In this document: positions 40,201-53,500 of the stretch, piece by piece
How positions within the stretch are numbered: the first letter of the stretch is position 1
Layout: each line of letters begins with the position of its first letter
Assembly: GCA_051313645.2 (NCBI GenBank)
Contig: JBNRSN020000025.1
Location: 86,428,001-86,492,000, forward strand
Reading direction: 5' to 3'
Source: Centroscyllium fabricii
Lineage: Eukaryota
DNA length: 64,000 bases
The notes under the pieces: generated by a model
Told to the model about the DNA's origin: nothing
Seen by the model: the letters and a program-made list of their open reading frames with translations, nothing else
Database searches by the model: none
Translations under genes and position numbers: made by a program

Positions 40201-42785
40201 AGACCCAGCATCCGCACACGGTAAAACAGTAACCGGACCCGGTATCCACACACGGTAAAATAGTAACCAGACCTGGTATCGACACACAGTAACCAGACCC
40301 GGTATCGACACGCGGTAAAATAGTAAATAGACCAGGTATTGACACACGGTAAAACAGTAACCAGACCCAGCATCCGCACACGGTAAAACAGTAACCGGAC
40401 CCAGCATCCACACACAGTAAAACAGCTACCATACCCGGTATCGACACACGGTAAAGCTGTTACCAGACCCGGTATCGACACACGGTAAAACAGTAACAGG
40501 ACCCAGTATTGACACACGATAATACAGTAACTGGACCCGGCATCGTCACACAGGTAAAATAGTAACCCCACTCGGTATCAACATACGGTAATACAGTAAC
40601 CGGACCCGGTATCGACACACGGTAAAACAATAACCGGACCCGGTATCCACACATGGTAAAATAGTAACCAGACCCGGTATCGACACACGGTCAAACAGTA
40701 ACCAGACCCGCTATCCACACATGGTAAAACAGTAACCGGACCCGGTATCCACACACGGTAAAAGAGTAACCAGACCCGGTATCGACACAGTAAAACAGTA
40801 ACCAGACCCGGTATCGACACGCGGTAAAATAGTAACCAGACCCGGTATTGACAAGGTAAAACAGTAACCAGACCCGGCATCCGCACACAGTAAAACAGCT
40901 ACCATACCCGGTATTGACACATGGTAAAACTTACCAAACCCGGTATCGACACATGGTAAAACAGTAACCGGACCCGGTATCGACACACGGTAAAACAGTA
41001 ACTGGTCCTGGCATCGTCACACAGGTAAAACAGTAACCCAATCCCACCCGGTATCAACATACGGTAATAAAGTAACGGGCCCCGGTATCGACACATGGTA
41101 AAACAGTAGCCAGACCCGGTAGTGACACACAGTAAAACAGTAAGCAGACCCGCTATCCACACACGGTAAAACAGTAACCGGACCCGGTATCCACACACGG
41201 TAAAATAATGACCAGACCTGGTATCGACACACGGTAAAACAGGTACCGGAGTCGGAATCGACACGCGGTAAAACTGTAACCGGACCTGGCAAAACAGTAT
41301 CCACACGGTAAAACAGTAACCGGACCCGTATTGACACGGTAAAACAGTAACCGGACCCGGTATCGACACGCAGTAAAACAGTAACTGACCCGGTATCGAC
41401 ATGCAGTAAAACAGTAACCAGACCCGGTATCGACACGCGGTAAAACAGAAACTGGTATCAACACACGGTAAAACAGTAACCAGACCCGGTATCGACACGT
41501 TAAACAATAACCGGTCCCGGTATCTACACACGGTAAAACAGTAACCGGACCCGGTCTCAACACAGTAAAACAGTAACCGGACCCGGTATCGACACACAGT
41601 GAAACAGTAACCGGATCCGGTATCGACACATGGTAAAACAGTAATCAGACCCGGTAGCAATAGAGGGTAAAACAGTTACCTGACTTGGTATTGATACACG
41701 GTAAAACAGTAACCGGACCCAGTATCGATACGTGGTAAAACCGTAACCAGACCCGGTATCGACACACGGTAAAACCGAAACCGCTATCGACACACAGTAA
41801 AACAGTAACCAGATCCGGTATCGACACACGGTAAAATAGTAACCCCACCCGGTATCAACATACGGTAATAGAGTAACCGGACCCGGTATCGACACACGGT
41901 AAAACAATAACCGGACCCGGTATCCACACATGGTAAAATAGTAACCAGACCCGGTATCGACACACGGTCAAACAGTAACCAGACCCGGTATCGACACACG
42001 GTAAAACAGTAACCGGACCCAGTATCGACACACGATAAAACAGTAACTGGACCCGGCAAAAGAGTATCCACATGGTAAAACAGTAACAGGACCTGTATCG
42101 ACATACGGTAAAACAGTAACCGGACCCAGTATCGACACGATAAAACAGTAACTGGACCCGGCGTCCACACACAGGTAAAACAGTAACCGGACCCGGGATC
42201 GACACACGGTAAAATAGTAACCGGATCCAGCATCCACACACAGTAAAACAGCTACCGTACCCGGTATCGACACGGTAAAACAGTTATCAGACCCGGTATC
42301 GACACACGGTAAAACTAACCGGACACAGTATCGACACACGATAAAACAGTAACTGGACCCGGCATCCAGACACAGGTAAAACAGCAACCCGACCCGGTAT
42401 CAACACACGGTAAAACAGTAACCAGACCCGGTATCCACACACGGTAAAATATTAACCAGACCCAGTATCCACACACGGTAAAACAGTAACTAGACCCGGT
42501 ATCCACACATGGTAAAACAGTAACCGAATCCGGTATTGACATGCGGTAAAACGGTTACCAGACCCATTATCGACAAGCGATAAAACAGTAACCGGACCCG
42601 GTATCGACACGCGGTAAGAGTAACCGGACCCGCTAGCGACACGCGGTTTATCAGTAACCGGACCCGGTATCCACACATGGTAAAACAGTAACCGGATCCG
42701 GTATCGACACGCAGTAAAACCGTAACCAGACCCGGTATTGACACACAATAAAGCAGTAACCGGACCTGGCATGCACACACGGTAA

Positions 42786-43367
42786 AGGCCCTGTCACACC
42801 TAGACGATTTAGCCAGCGTATGCAAATTTGGCTAAAACGCTGGTTTACGTCGGATACGTTATGGGTACGTTATGCATACGTTAAGAGCACGTTGCCATAC
42901 GCTGGACATACGTTGTATACGTCGTTGAATTTCGAGTAAGTCGAGATTTTTTGTGCATGCACAAAAAATCACGACGTATCAATGTTACGATTTATACGTT
43001 ACGCATATGCTGGCCATACGTTGTAGGCACGTTAGGCGATCGTTGAACACACATTACCTTGCCCCTGTCATGCCCTGTCACACCTTGACGATTTAAGCTA
43101 GCGTTTTCCAATTTATCAACATTTATCTAAAACGTCGGCGATATGCATACGTTAGACTATCGTTGGGCATAAGTTGTGAACGCTAAGCATTCGTTGGTAT
43201 AAGTTATCTGTAAGTTATTGATACGCTCTGTGTACGTTACTAATACGTACGTCCAATACGTTATGAATACGCTATTATACGCCCAAAACTGAAAAAAAAG
43301 GTCAAAAGTTCAGCGTTTTAGCCAAATTTGCATACGCTGGCTAAAACGTCTAGGTGTGACAGGGCCT
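42786..43367 (+). mobile_element. 582-bp Harbinger MITE, same family as 13705-16250, opposite orientation
   Basis: Same TIR, TSD TAA at 42783-42785 and 43368-43370, and both subterminal arms match the long element. Confidence 0.95.
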
Positions 43368-45256
43368 TAAAACGGTTACCGGACCCGATATCGACCCGTG
43401 GTAAAGCAGTAACCGGACCCAATATCGACACACGGTAAAACAGTAACCGCACCCAATATCGACACATGGTAAAACAGTAACCAGACCCGGTATCGACACA
43501 CGGTAAAACCGAAACCGGTATCGACACATGGTAAAATAGTAATGGGACCGGGTATCGACACACGGTAAAACAGTAACCAGACCCGGTAGCGACACAATAA
43601 AACAGTAACTGGACCCGGTTTCGACGCGCAGTAATACAGTAATGGGTATCGACACACGGCAAAACAATAACCGGACCCGTATTGACACACGGTGAAACAG
43701 GAACTGGAACCGGAATCGACACGCGGTAAAACAGTAACCATGTGGTAAAACAGTAACATGACCCAATATCGACACACGGTAAAACAGTAACAGGACCCGT
43801 ATCGACACACGGTAAAACAGTAACCGGACCCGGTATCGACACAGTAAAGCAGTAACTGACCCGGTATCGACACGCGGTAAAACAGTAACAGGTATCGACA
43901 CACGATAAAACAGTAACCAGCCCCGGTATCCACACATGGTGAAACAGTAACTAGACCCGGTATCCACACATGGTAAAACAGTAACCGAACCCGGTATTGA
44001 CACGCGGTTAAACGGTTACCAGACCCGTTATCGCCACGCGGTAAAACAGTAACCGGACCCGGTTTTGACATGCAGTAAAACAGTAACCAGACCCGGTATC
44101 GACACACACGGTAAAACAGTAACCAGACCCGAAAACCACAGACGGTAAAACAGTATCCAGACCCGGTATCGACACACGGTAAAACAGCCACCAGACCCGA
44201 TAACCACAGACGGTAAAACAGTAACCAGTCTCGGTATCGATACACGGTAAAACAGTTACCAGACCCGGTATCGACACGCAGTAAAACAGTAACTGGACCC
44301 AGTATCGACACGCAGTAAAACAGTAACCAGACCCGGTATCGCCACGCAGTAAACCAGTAAATGACCCGGTATCGACACACAGTAAAACAGTAACCAGACC
44401 CGGTATCGGCATGCGGTAAAACAGTAACGGGTATCGACACGCGACAAAACAGTAACCGGGCCCGGTATCGATGCACGGTAAAACAGTAACCGGACCCGTT
44501 ATCGATACACGGTAAAACAGTAACCGGACCCGGTATCGACATGCGGTAAAACAGTAACCAGACCCAGTATCAACACGCGGTAAAACAGTAACCAGGCACG
44601 GTATCGATACACGGTAAAACAGTTACCAGACCCGGTATCGACACACGGTAAAACAGTAATCAGACCCGATAACCACAGACAGTAAAACAGTATCCAGACC
44701 CGATATCGACACACAGTAAAACAGTTACCATACCCGGTATCGACACACAGTAAAACAGCAACCATAACCGGTATCGACACATGGTAAAACAGTAACTGGA
44801 CCCAGTATCGACACCTGGTAAAACAGTAATCGGACCCGGTATCCACACACGGTGAAACAGTAACCGGATCCGGTATCAACACGCAGTAAAACCGTAACCA
44901 GACCCGGTATTGACACACAGTAAAGCAGTAACCGGACCCGGCATGCACACACGGTAAAACGGTTACCGGACCCGATATCGACCCGTGGTAAAGCAGTAAC
45001 CGGACCCAATATCGACACACGGTAAAACAGTAACCGCACCCAATATCGACACACGGTAAAACAGAAACCGGTATCGACACATGGTAAAATAGTAATGGGA
45101 CCGGGTATCGACACACGGTAAAACAGTAACCAGACCCGGTAACGACACAATAAAACAGTAACTGGACCCGGTTTCGAGGCGCAGTAAAACAGTAATGGGT
45201 ATCGACACACGGCAAAACAATAACCGGACCCGTATTGACACACGGTGAAACAGGAA

Positions 45257-45436
45257 CACAAGGGGTCAAATGCTGCAAAACACACAGACGGTCGCAACCG
45301 TGATATTGGCTTCATGTCACGCTGCATGTGACCCTGCCTGACGTAGAGTCATCCAGACTAGAGACATCTTTGTCTTGTAAGGAAATTCCTTTTTTTTAAA
45401 TCATTCTGTGTGTTTTGCAGCATTTGACCCCTTGTG
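45257..45436. mobile_element. 180-bp MITE with 32-bp CAC-initiated TIRs (possibly Chapaev/CMC or Transib group), copy 1
   Basis: CACAAGGGGTCAAATGCTGCAAAACACACAGA...TCTGTGTGTTTTGCAGCATTTGACCCCTTGTG; no TSD visible. Confidence 0.8.
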
Positions 45437-45668
45437 ACTGTGCCTCATTGATCTCAGACTGATGTGTTAAAATATGTTAATACGCCTTTGTGTGCTCTGT
45501 CTATCTCTGCTAAGGTGAGATGTGGGAGATCAGATTTCTCTCTTCCTCCCATATGTGCGTTCTTTAAGTCAGCTTCTCTTTCACCTGACAAAGGGGCAGA
45601 AACTCCGAAAGCTTGTGATTTAAAATAAAAAAGTTGGACTATAACCTGGTGTTGCGTGACTTCTTGCA
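45437..45668 (+). mobile_element. Penelope-like element pseudo-LTR fragment, copy 1
   Basis: Hammerhead-like CTGACAA...CGAAAGCTT followed by AATAAA...GTTGGACTATAACCTGGTGTTG. Confidence 0.7.
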
Positions 45669-47364
45669 TGGACCCATATCAACAGATGGTGAAACAGTAA
45701 CCAGACCCGTATCGACATGTAAAACAATAACCGGACCCGGTATCGACACGCGGTAAAACAGTAACCGGACTCTGAATCAAAACGCGATAAAACAGTAACT
45801 GGAGCCATACTGACTCGCAGTAGAACAGTAACCCGACCCGGTATCGACACGCGGTGAAACAGTAATCGGACCCAGTATTGATACGCGGTAAAACAGTAAC
45901 CGGACCCGGTATCGACACAAGGTAAATAGTAACCGGACCCGACATCGATTCACGGTACAACAGTAACCGGACCCGGTATCGACTCATGGTAAAACAGTAA
46001 CCGGACATGGTACCGCACACGGTAAATCGGTTACCGGACCCAGTATCGACACACAGTAAAGCAGTAACCGGACACGGTATCGACACACGATAAAACTAAC
46101 CGGACCCGGTATCGACACACAGTAAAGCAGTAACCGGACCCGGTATCGCTGCACAGTAAAGCAGTAACTGGACCCAGCATCCACACACAGTGATACAGTA
46201 ACCGGACCCGGTATCGACACGCGGTAAAACAGTAACCGGACCCGGTATCGACAAGCAGTAAAGCAGTAACCGGACGCAGCATCCACACACGGTAAAACGG
46301 TTACCGGACCCGGTATCGACACACAGTAAAACCGTAACCAGACCCGGTATTGACAGACAGTACAGCAGTAACCGGACCCGGCATCCACACACGGTAAAAC
46401 GGTTACCGGACCCGGTATCGACCCGCAGTAAAGCAGTATCCATACCTGTATCGCCACACGCTAAAGCAGTAACTGAAGCCGGTATCGACGTGGTAAAACA
46501 GTAACCGGACCCAATATCGATGTGGTAAAACAGTAACCGGACCCAATATCGACACATAGTAAAACAGTAACCGGACCCAATATCGACACATAGTAAAACA
46601 GTAACCGGACCCAATATCGACACGGTAAAACAGTAACCGGACCCAATATCGACACGGTAAAACAGTAACCGGACCCAATATCGACACATAGTAAAACAGT
46701 AACCGGACCCAATATCGGCACATGGTAAAACAGTAACCCGACCCAGTATTGATACGCGGTAAAACAGTAACCGGACCCAATATCGACACATGGTAAAACA
46801 GTAACCGGACCCAGTATCGACACACGATAAAACAGTAACTGGACCCGGCATCGTCACACAGGTAAAACAGTAACCACACCCGCTATCCACACACGGTAAA
46901 ACAGTAACCGGACCCGGTATCCACACACGGTAAAATAGTAACCAGACCTGGTATCGACACACGGTAAAATAGTAAATAGACCCGGTATTGACACACGGTA
47001 AAACAGTAACCAGACCCAGCATCCGCACACGGTAAAACAGTAACCGGACCCAGCATCCACACACAGTAAAACAGCTACCGTACCCGGTATCAACATACGG
47101 TAATACAGTAACCGGACCCGGTATCGACACACGGTAAAACAATAACCGGACCCGGTATCGACACACGGTAAAACAGTAACAGGACCCAGTATTGACACAC
47201 GATAATACAGTAACTGGACCCGGCATCGTCACACAGGTAAAATAGTAACCCCACCCGGTATCAACATACGGTAATACAGTAACCGGACCCGGTATCGACA
47301 CACGGTAAAACAATAACCGGACCCGGTATCCACACATGGTAAAATAGTAACCAGACCCGGTATC

Positions 47365-48264
47365 ATAGAACATAGAACATAGAACATACAGCACTGTACA
47401 GGCCCTTGGGCCCTCAATGTAGTGCCGCCCTTAGTCCATCTCTGATTTTTCCTATCCCCCCTACTGTTCCTTCCCCTCCATGTACCTGTCTATCATCCTT
47501 TTAAAAGCACCCAGACTGTCCGCATCCACTATTTCAGATGGTAGCCTATTCCATTCCCCGACCACTCTCTGTGTAAAGAACCTACCCCTGCCATCCCTTC
47601 TGAATCTTCCTCCTTGAATCTTGTGCTCGTGTCCTCTTGTTGACGTTCTTCCCGCCCGGGGAAACAGTCTTTGCACGTTTACTCTATCGATCCCCTTCAT
47701 CATTTTAAACATCTCTATCAAGTCCCCCCTCTTCCTTCTCCGTTCCAGGGAGAAGAGTCCCAGCTCCCTCAACCTCTCCTCGTATGACTTTCCTCCCATT
47801 CCCGGCAGCATCCTGGTGAATCTCCTCTGCACCCTCTCCAGCGCCTCCACATCTCTCCTGTAGTACGGTGCCCAGAACTGCACACAGTACTCCACGTGTG
47901 GCCTCACCAGTGACCTGTACAGCTGCAGCATGACCTCCCGGTTCTTAAACTCTATTCCCCTGTTGATGAAGGCCAATACACCATAGGCCTTTTTCACTGC
48001 TTTGTCCACCTGGGTGGCAGCCTTCAGTGATCTGTGTACATATACTCCCAGATCCCTTTGCTCCTCTGCTTCACTCAGGATCCTGCCATTGACCCTATAT
48101 TCCCTCTTCCTATTTGCCCTGCCGAAGTGCATCACCTCGCATTTCCCCGTGTTAAACTCCATTTGCCATTCTTCAGCCCAGCTCTGCATCCTGTCTATAT
48201 CCCTCTGAATCTTTCTACCTCCTTCCTCCTCATCCACTTCTCCCCCTATCTTTGTGTCATCCGC
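47365..48264 (-). mobile_element. 5'-truncated CR1 (second subfamily) inserted in the satellite
   Basis: Open frame from ADDTKIGG to the stop at 47461; (TTCTATG)n tail; flanked by AGTAACCAGACCCGGTATC on both sides (possible 19-bp TSD, ambiguous inside a satellite). Confidence 0.93.
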
Positions 48265-49750
48265 AGTAACCAGACCCGGTATCGACACACGGTAAAACAG
48301 TAACCGGACCCAGTATCGACACATGGTAAAACAGTAACCGGACCCAGTATCGACACACGATAAAACAGTAACTGGACCCGGCATCGTCACACAGGTAAAA
48401 CAGTAACCAGACCCGCTATCCACACACGGTAAAACAGTAACCGGACCGGGTATCCACACACGGTAAAATAGTAACCAGACCCGCTATCGACACACGGTAA
48501 AACAGTAACCAGACCCGGTATCGACACGCGGTAAAACTAACCGGACCCGGTATCGACACATGGTAAAACAGGAACCGAAGTCGTAATCGACACGCGGTAA
48601 AACTGTAACCGGACCTGGCAAAAGAGTATCCACATGGTAAAACAGTAACAGGACCTGTATCGACATACGGTAAAACAGTAACCGGACCCAGTATCGACAC
48701 GATAAAACAGTAACTGGACCCGGCGTCCACACACAGGTAAAACAGTAACCGGACCTGGTATCCACACACGGTAAAATAGTAACCAGACCCGGTATCGACA
48801 CACAGTAAAACAGTAACCAGACCCGCTATCCACACATGGTAAAACAGTAACCGGACCCGGTATCCACACACGGTAAAAGAGTAACCAGACCCGGTATCGA
48901 CACGTGGTAAAATAGTAACCAGACCCGGTATTGACACAAGGTAAAACAGTAACCAGACTCGGCATCCGCACACAGTAAAACAGCTACCATACCCGGTATC
49001 GACACATGGTAAAACTTACCAAACCCGGTATCGACACACGGTAAAACAGTAACCGGACCCGGTATCGACACACGGTAAAACAGTAACCGGACCCAGTATC
49101 AACACACAATAAAACAGTAACTGGTCCTGGCATCGTCACACAGGTAAAACAGTAACCCAATCCCACCCAGTATCAACATACGGTAATAAAGTAACGGGCC
49201 CCGGTATCGACACACGGTAAAACAGTAGCCAGACCCAGTAGTGACACACAGTGAAACAGTAAGCAGACCCGCTATCCACACACGGTAAAACAGTAACCGG
49301 ACCTGGTATCCACACACGGTAAAATAATGACCAGACCTGGTATCGACACACGGTAAAACAGTACCCAGACCCGGTATCGACACGCGGTAAAACTAACCGC
49401 ACCTGGTATCGACACATGGTAAAACAGGTACCGGAGTCGGAATCGACACACGGTAAAACTGTAACCGGACCTGGCAAAACAGTATCCACACGGTAAAACA
49501 GTAACCGGACCCGTAGACACGGTAAAACAGTAACCGGACCCGGTATCGACACGCAGTAAAACAGTACCTGACCCGGTATCGACATGCAGTAAAACAGTAA
49601 CCAGACCCGGTATCGACACGCGGTAAAACAGAAACTGGTATCAACACACGGTAAAACAGTAACCGGATCCGGAATCAACACACGGTAAAACAATAACCAG
49701 ACCCGGTATCGACACGTTAAACAATAACCGGTCCCGGTATCCACACACGG

Positions 49751-50594
49751 GCAGATAGATGGCAGATGCACTATAATGTGGATAAATGTGAGGTTATCCA
49801 CTTTGGGGGCAAAAACAGGAGGGTAGATTACTACTTAAATGGCAATAGATTGGGAGATGGGGAGGTGCAGAGAGACCTATGTGTTCTTGTGCACCAGTCG
49901 CTGAAGGCGAGCACGCAGGTGCAGCAGGCGGTTGGGAAGGCAAATGGTATGTTGGCCTTCATATCAAGAGGGTTCGAGTATAGGAATAAGGATACCTTAC
50001 TGCAGCTGTACAAGGCACTGGTGAGACCACACCTCGAGTATTGTGTACAGTTCTGGTCACCTCGCCTGAGGAAGGATGTTCTTGCCATGGAAGGAGTGCA
50101 GCGGCGTTTCACCAGGCTGATTCCTGGAATGGCAGGAATGACCTACGAAGAGAGATTGTGTAGTCTGGGCTTGTACTCGTTGGAGTTTAGAAGATTGAGA
50201 GGCGATCTCATTGAGACGTATAAAATTCTGAAAGGTCTGGACAGGTTAGATTCAGAGAGAATGTTTCCAATGGCGGGGGAGTCCAGAACCAGGGGCCACA
50301 GTCTAAGGATAAGGGGTAAACCATTTAGGACAGACATGAGGAAGAATTTCTTCACTCAGAGAGTGGTGGGCCTGTGGAATTCCCTGCCACAGAGGGCGGT
50401 GGAGGCCAGTTCATTAAACATATTCAAGAGGGAATTGGATATATTTCTTCAAGCTAAAGGGATTAAAGGTTATGGAGAAAAGACGGGGACGGGGTACTAG
50501 CTTGCTAAAGATCAGCCATGATCTCATTGAATGGCGGAGCAGGCTCGAAGGGCTGAATGGCCTACTCCTGCTCCTATCTTCTATGATTCGATGA
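49751..50594 (+). mobile_element. 5'-truncated CR1 closely related to the 1593-5368 element
   Basis: ORF 49766-50500 nearly matches the C-terminus of ORF 1694-3697; CR1 3' UTR; inserted at CACGG|TAAAAC with no TSD. Confidence 0.95.
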
Positions 50595-53500
50595 TAAAAC
50601 AGTAACCAGACCCGGTATCGACTCATGGTAAAACAGTAACCGGACCCGGTGTCGATACATAGTAAAACAGTAACTGGACCCGGTATCGATACACGGTAAA
50701 ACAGTAACCGGACCCGGTATCGATACATGGTAAAACAGTAACCGGACCCGGTCTCGACACAGTAAAACAGTAACTGGACCCCGTATCGACACACAGTGAA
50801 ACAGTAATCAGACCCGGTAGCAATACACGGTAAAACAGTTACCGGACCCAGTATCGATACGTGGTAAAACCGTAACCAGACCCGGTATCGACACACGGTA
50901 AAACCGAAACCGGTATCGACACACAGTAAAACAGTAACCAGATCTGGTATCGACACACGGTAAAACAGTAACCAGACCCGGTATCGACACACGGTAAAAC
51001 AGTAACCAGACGCGCTATCCACACATGGTAAAGCAGTAACCAGACCCGGTATCCACACACGGTAAAATAGTAACCAGACCCGGTATTGACACACGGTAAA
51101 ACAGTAACCGGATCCAGCATCCACACACAGTAAAACAGCTACCGTACCCGGTATCGACACGGTAAAACAGTTATCAGACCCGGTATCGACACACGGTAAA
51201 ACTAACCGGACACAGTATCGACACATGATAAAACAGTAACTGGACCCGGCATCCAGACACAGGTAAAACAGCAACCCGACCCGGTATCAACACACGGTAA
51301 AACAGTAACCAGACCCGCTATCCACACACGGTTAAACAGTAACCGGACCCGGTATCCACACACGGTAAAATAGTAACCAGACCCGGTATCGACACACGGT
51401 AAAACAGTAACCAGACCCAGTATCGACACGCGGTAAAACTAACCGGACCCGGTATCGACACATGGTAAAAAAGAAACCGGAGTCGGAATCGACACGTGGT
51501 AAAACTGTACCCGGACCTGGTAAAACAGTAACCACACGGTGAAACAGTAACAGGACCCGTATCGACACGCAGTAAAAGAGTAACCAGACCCGGTATTGAC
51601 ACACGGTAAAACAATAACCAGACCCGGTATCGATACACAGTAAAACATTAACTGGACCTGGTATCGATACACAGTAAAGCAGTAACCGGACCCGGTATCA
51701 ATACACGGTAAAACAGTAACCGGACCTGGTATCGACACAGTAAAACAGTAACCGGACCCGGTATCGACACACAGTAAAACAGTAACTGGACCCGGTATCG
51801 ACACGTGGTAAAACAGTAACCAGACCCGGTATCGATACACGGTAAAACAGTAACCAGACCCGGTATTGATACACGGTAAAACAGTTACCGGACCCGTTAT
51901 CGATACACGGTAAAACAGTAACCGGACCCGGTATCGATACGCGGTAAAACAGTACCCAGACCCGGCATCCAGACAACGGTAAAACAGTAACTGGACCCGG
52001 TATCGACACACGGTAAAACAGTAACCAGACCCGATATTGACACACTAAAACAGTAACCGGACCCGATATCGACACACGGTAAAACGGTTACCAGACCCGG
52101 TATCAACATGCAGTAAAACAGTAACCGGAGCCGGTTTTGACATGCAGTAAAACAATAACCAGACCCGGTATCGACACACAGTAAAACGGTTAACAGACCC
52201 GGTATCGACACGCGGTAAATCAGTAACCGGACCCAATATCGACACACGGTGTAACAGTAACCGGACCCAATATCGACACACGGTAAAACAGTAACTGGAC
52301 CCGGTATCGACACACGGTAAAACAGAAATCGGTATCGACACATGGTAAAATAGTAATGGGACCAGGTATCGACACGCGGTAAAACTGTAACCGGACCCAG
52401 TATCGACACATGGTAAAACAGGAAGCAGAGTCGGAATCGACACGCGGTAGAACTGTAACCGGACCTGGTAAAACAGTAACCACATGGTAAAAGAGTAACG
52501 GGACCCGTATCGACACACGGTAAAACAGTAACCGGACCCGGTATTGACACGCAGTAAAACAGTAACCAGACGCAGTATTGACACTCAGTGAAACAGTAAA
52601 CGACTGGGTATCGACACGCAGTAAAACAGTAACCAGACCTGGTATCGACACGCGGTAAAACAGAAGCCGGTATCGACACACGGTAAAACAGTAACCGGAC
52701 CCGGAATCGACACATGGTAAAACAATAACGAGGCCTGGTATCGACACATGTTAAACGATAACCGGACCCGGTCATGGTATCCACATACGGTAAAACAGTA
52801 ACTGGACTCGGTATCGAAACAAGGTAAAACAGTAACTGGAACCGGTATCGACATGGTCAAACAGTAACTGGACCCGTATTGACAGATGGTGACACAGTAA
52901 CTGGACCCGTATCGACACACGGTGAATCAGTAACCGGACCGTATCGACATGTAAAACGATAACCGGACCTGGTATCGACACGCGGTAAAACAGTAACCGG
53001 AATCGCTATTGAAACATGGTAAAACAGTAACCGGACCCGTATCGACGCACGGTAAAACAGTAACCCAACCCGGTATTGTCACGCGGTGAAACAGTAATCG
53101 GACCCGGAATTGATACGCGGTAAAACAGTAACCGGATCCGGTATCGACACATGGTAAAATAGTAACCGGTCCCAGCATCAACTCATGGTACAACATGGTA
53201 CACCCGGTATTGACTCACGGTAAAACAGTAACCGGACCCGGAATCGACACACGGTAAAACAGTAACCAGACCCGGTATCGACACACGGTAAAACAGTAAC
53301 AGCACCCAGAATCGACACACGGACAACCAGTAATCAAACCAGGTATCGACATACGGTAAAACAGTAACCGGACCCGGTATTGACACATGGTATAACAGTA
53401 ACCGGATCCGGTATCGACACGTGGTAAAACAGTTACCGGACCCGGTATCGACATGCGGTAAAACAGTAACTGGATCCGGTATCGACACGCAGTAAAACCG

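Noticed and set aside
47461-48459. Satellite-CR1 fusion protein (also 49136-49801 and 50414-51274)
   Set aside because: Chance read-through from a stop-free repeat into or out of a truncated CR1 that lacks most of the RT.
47365-50594. Two opposed CR1 pieces as one twin-primed or inverted insertion
   Set aside because: They cover overlapping parts of ORF2 but differ strongly in protein sequence and 3' tail, so they are independent subfamilies.
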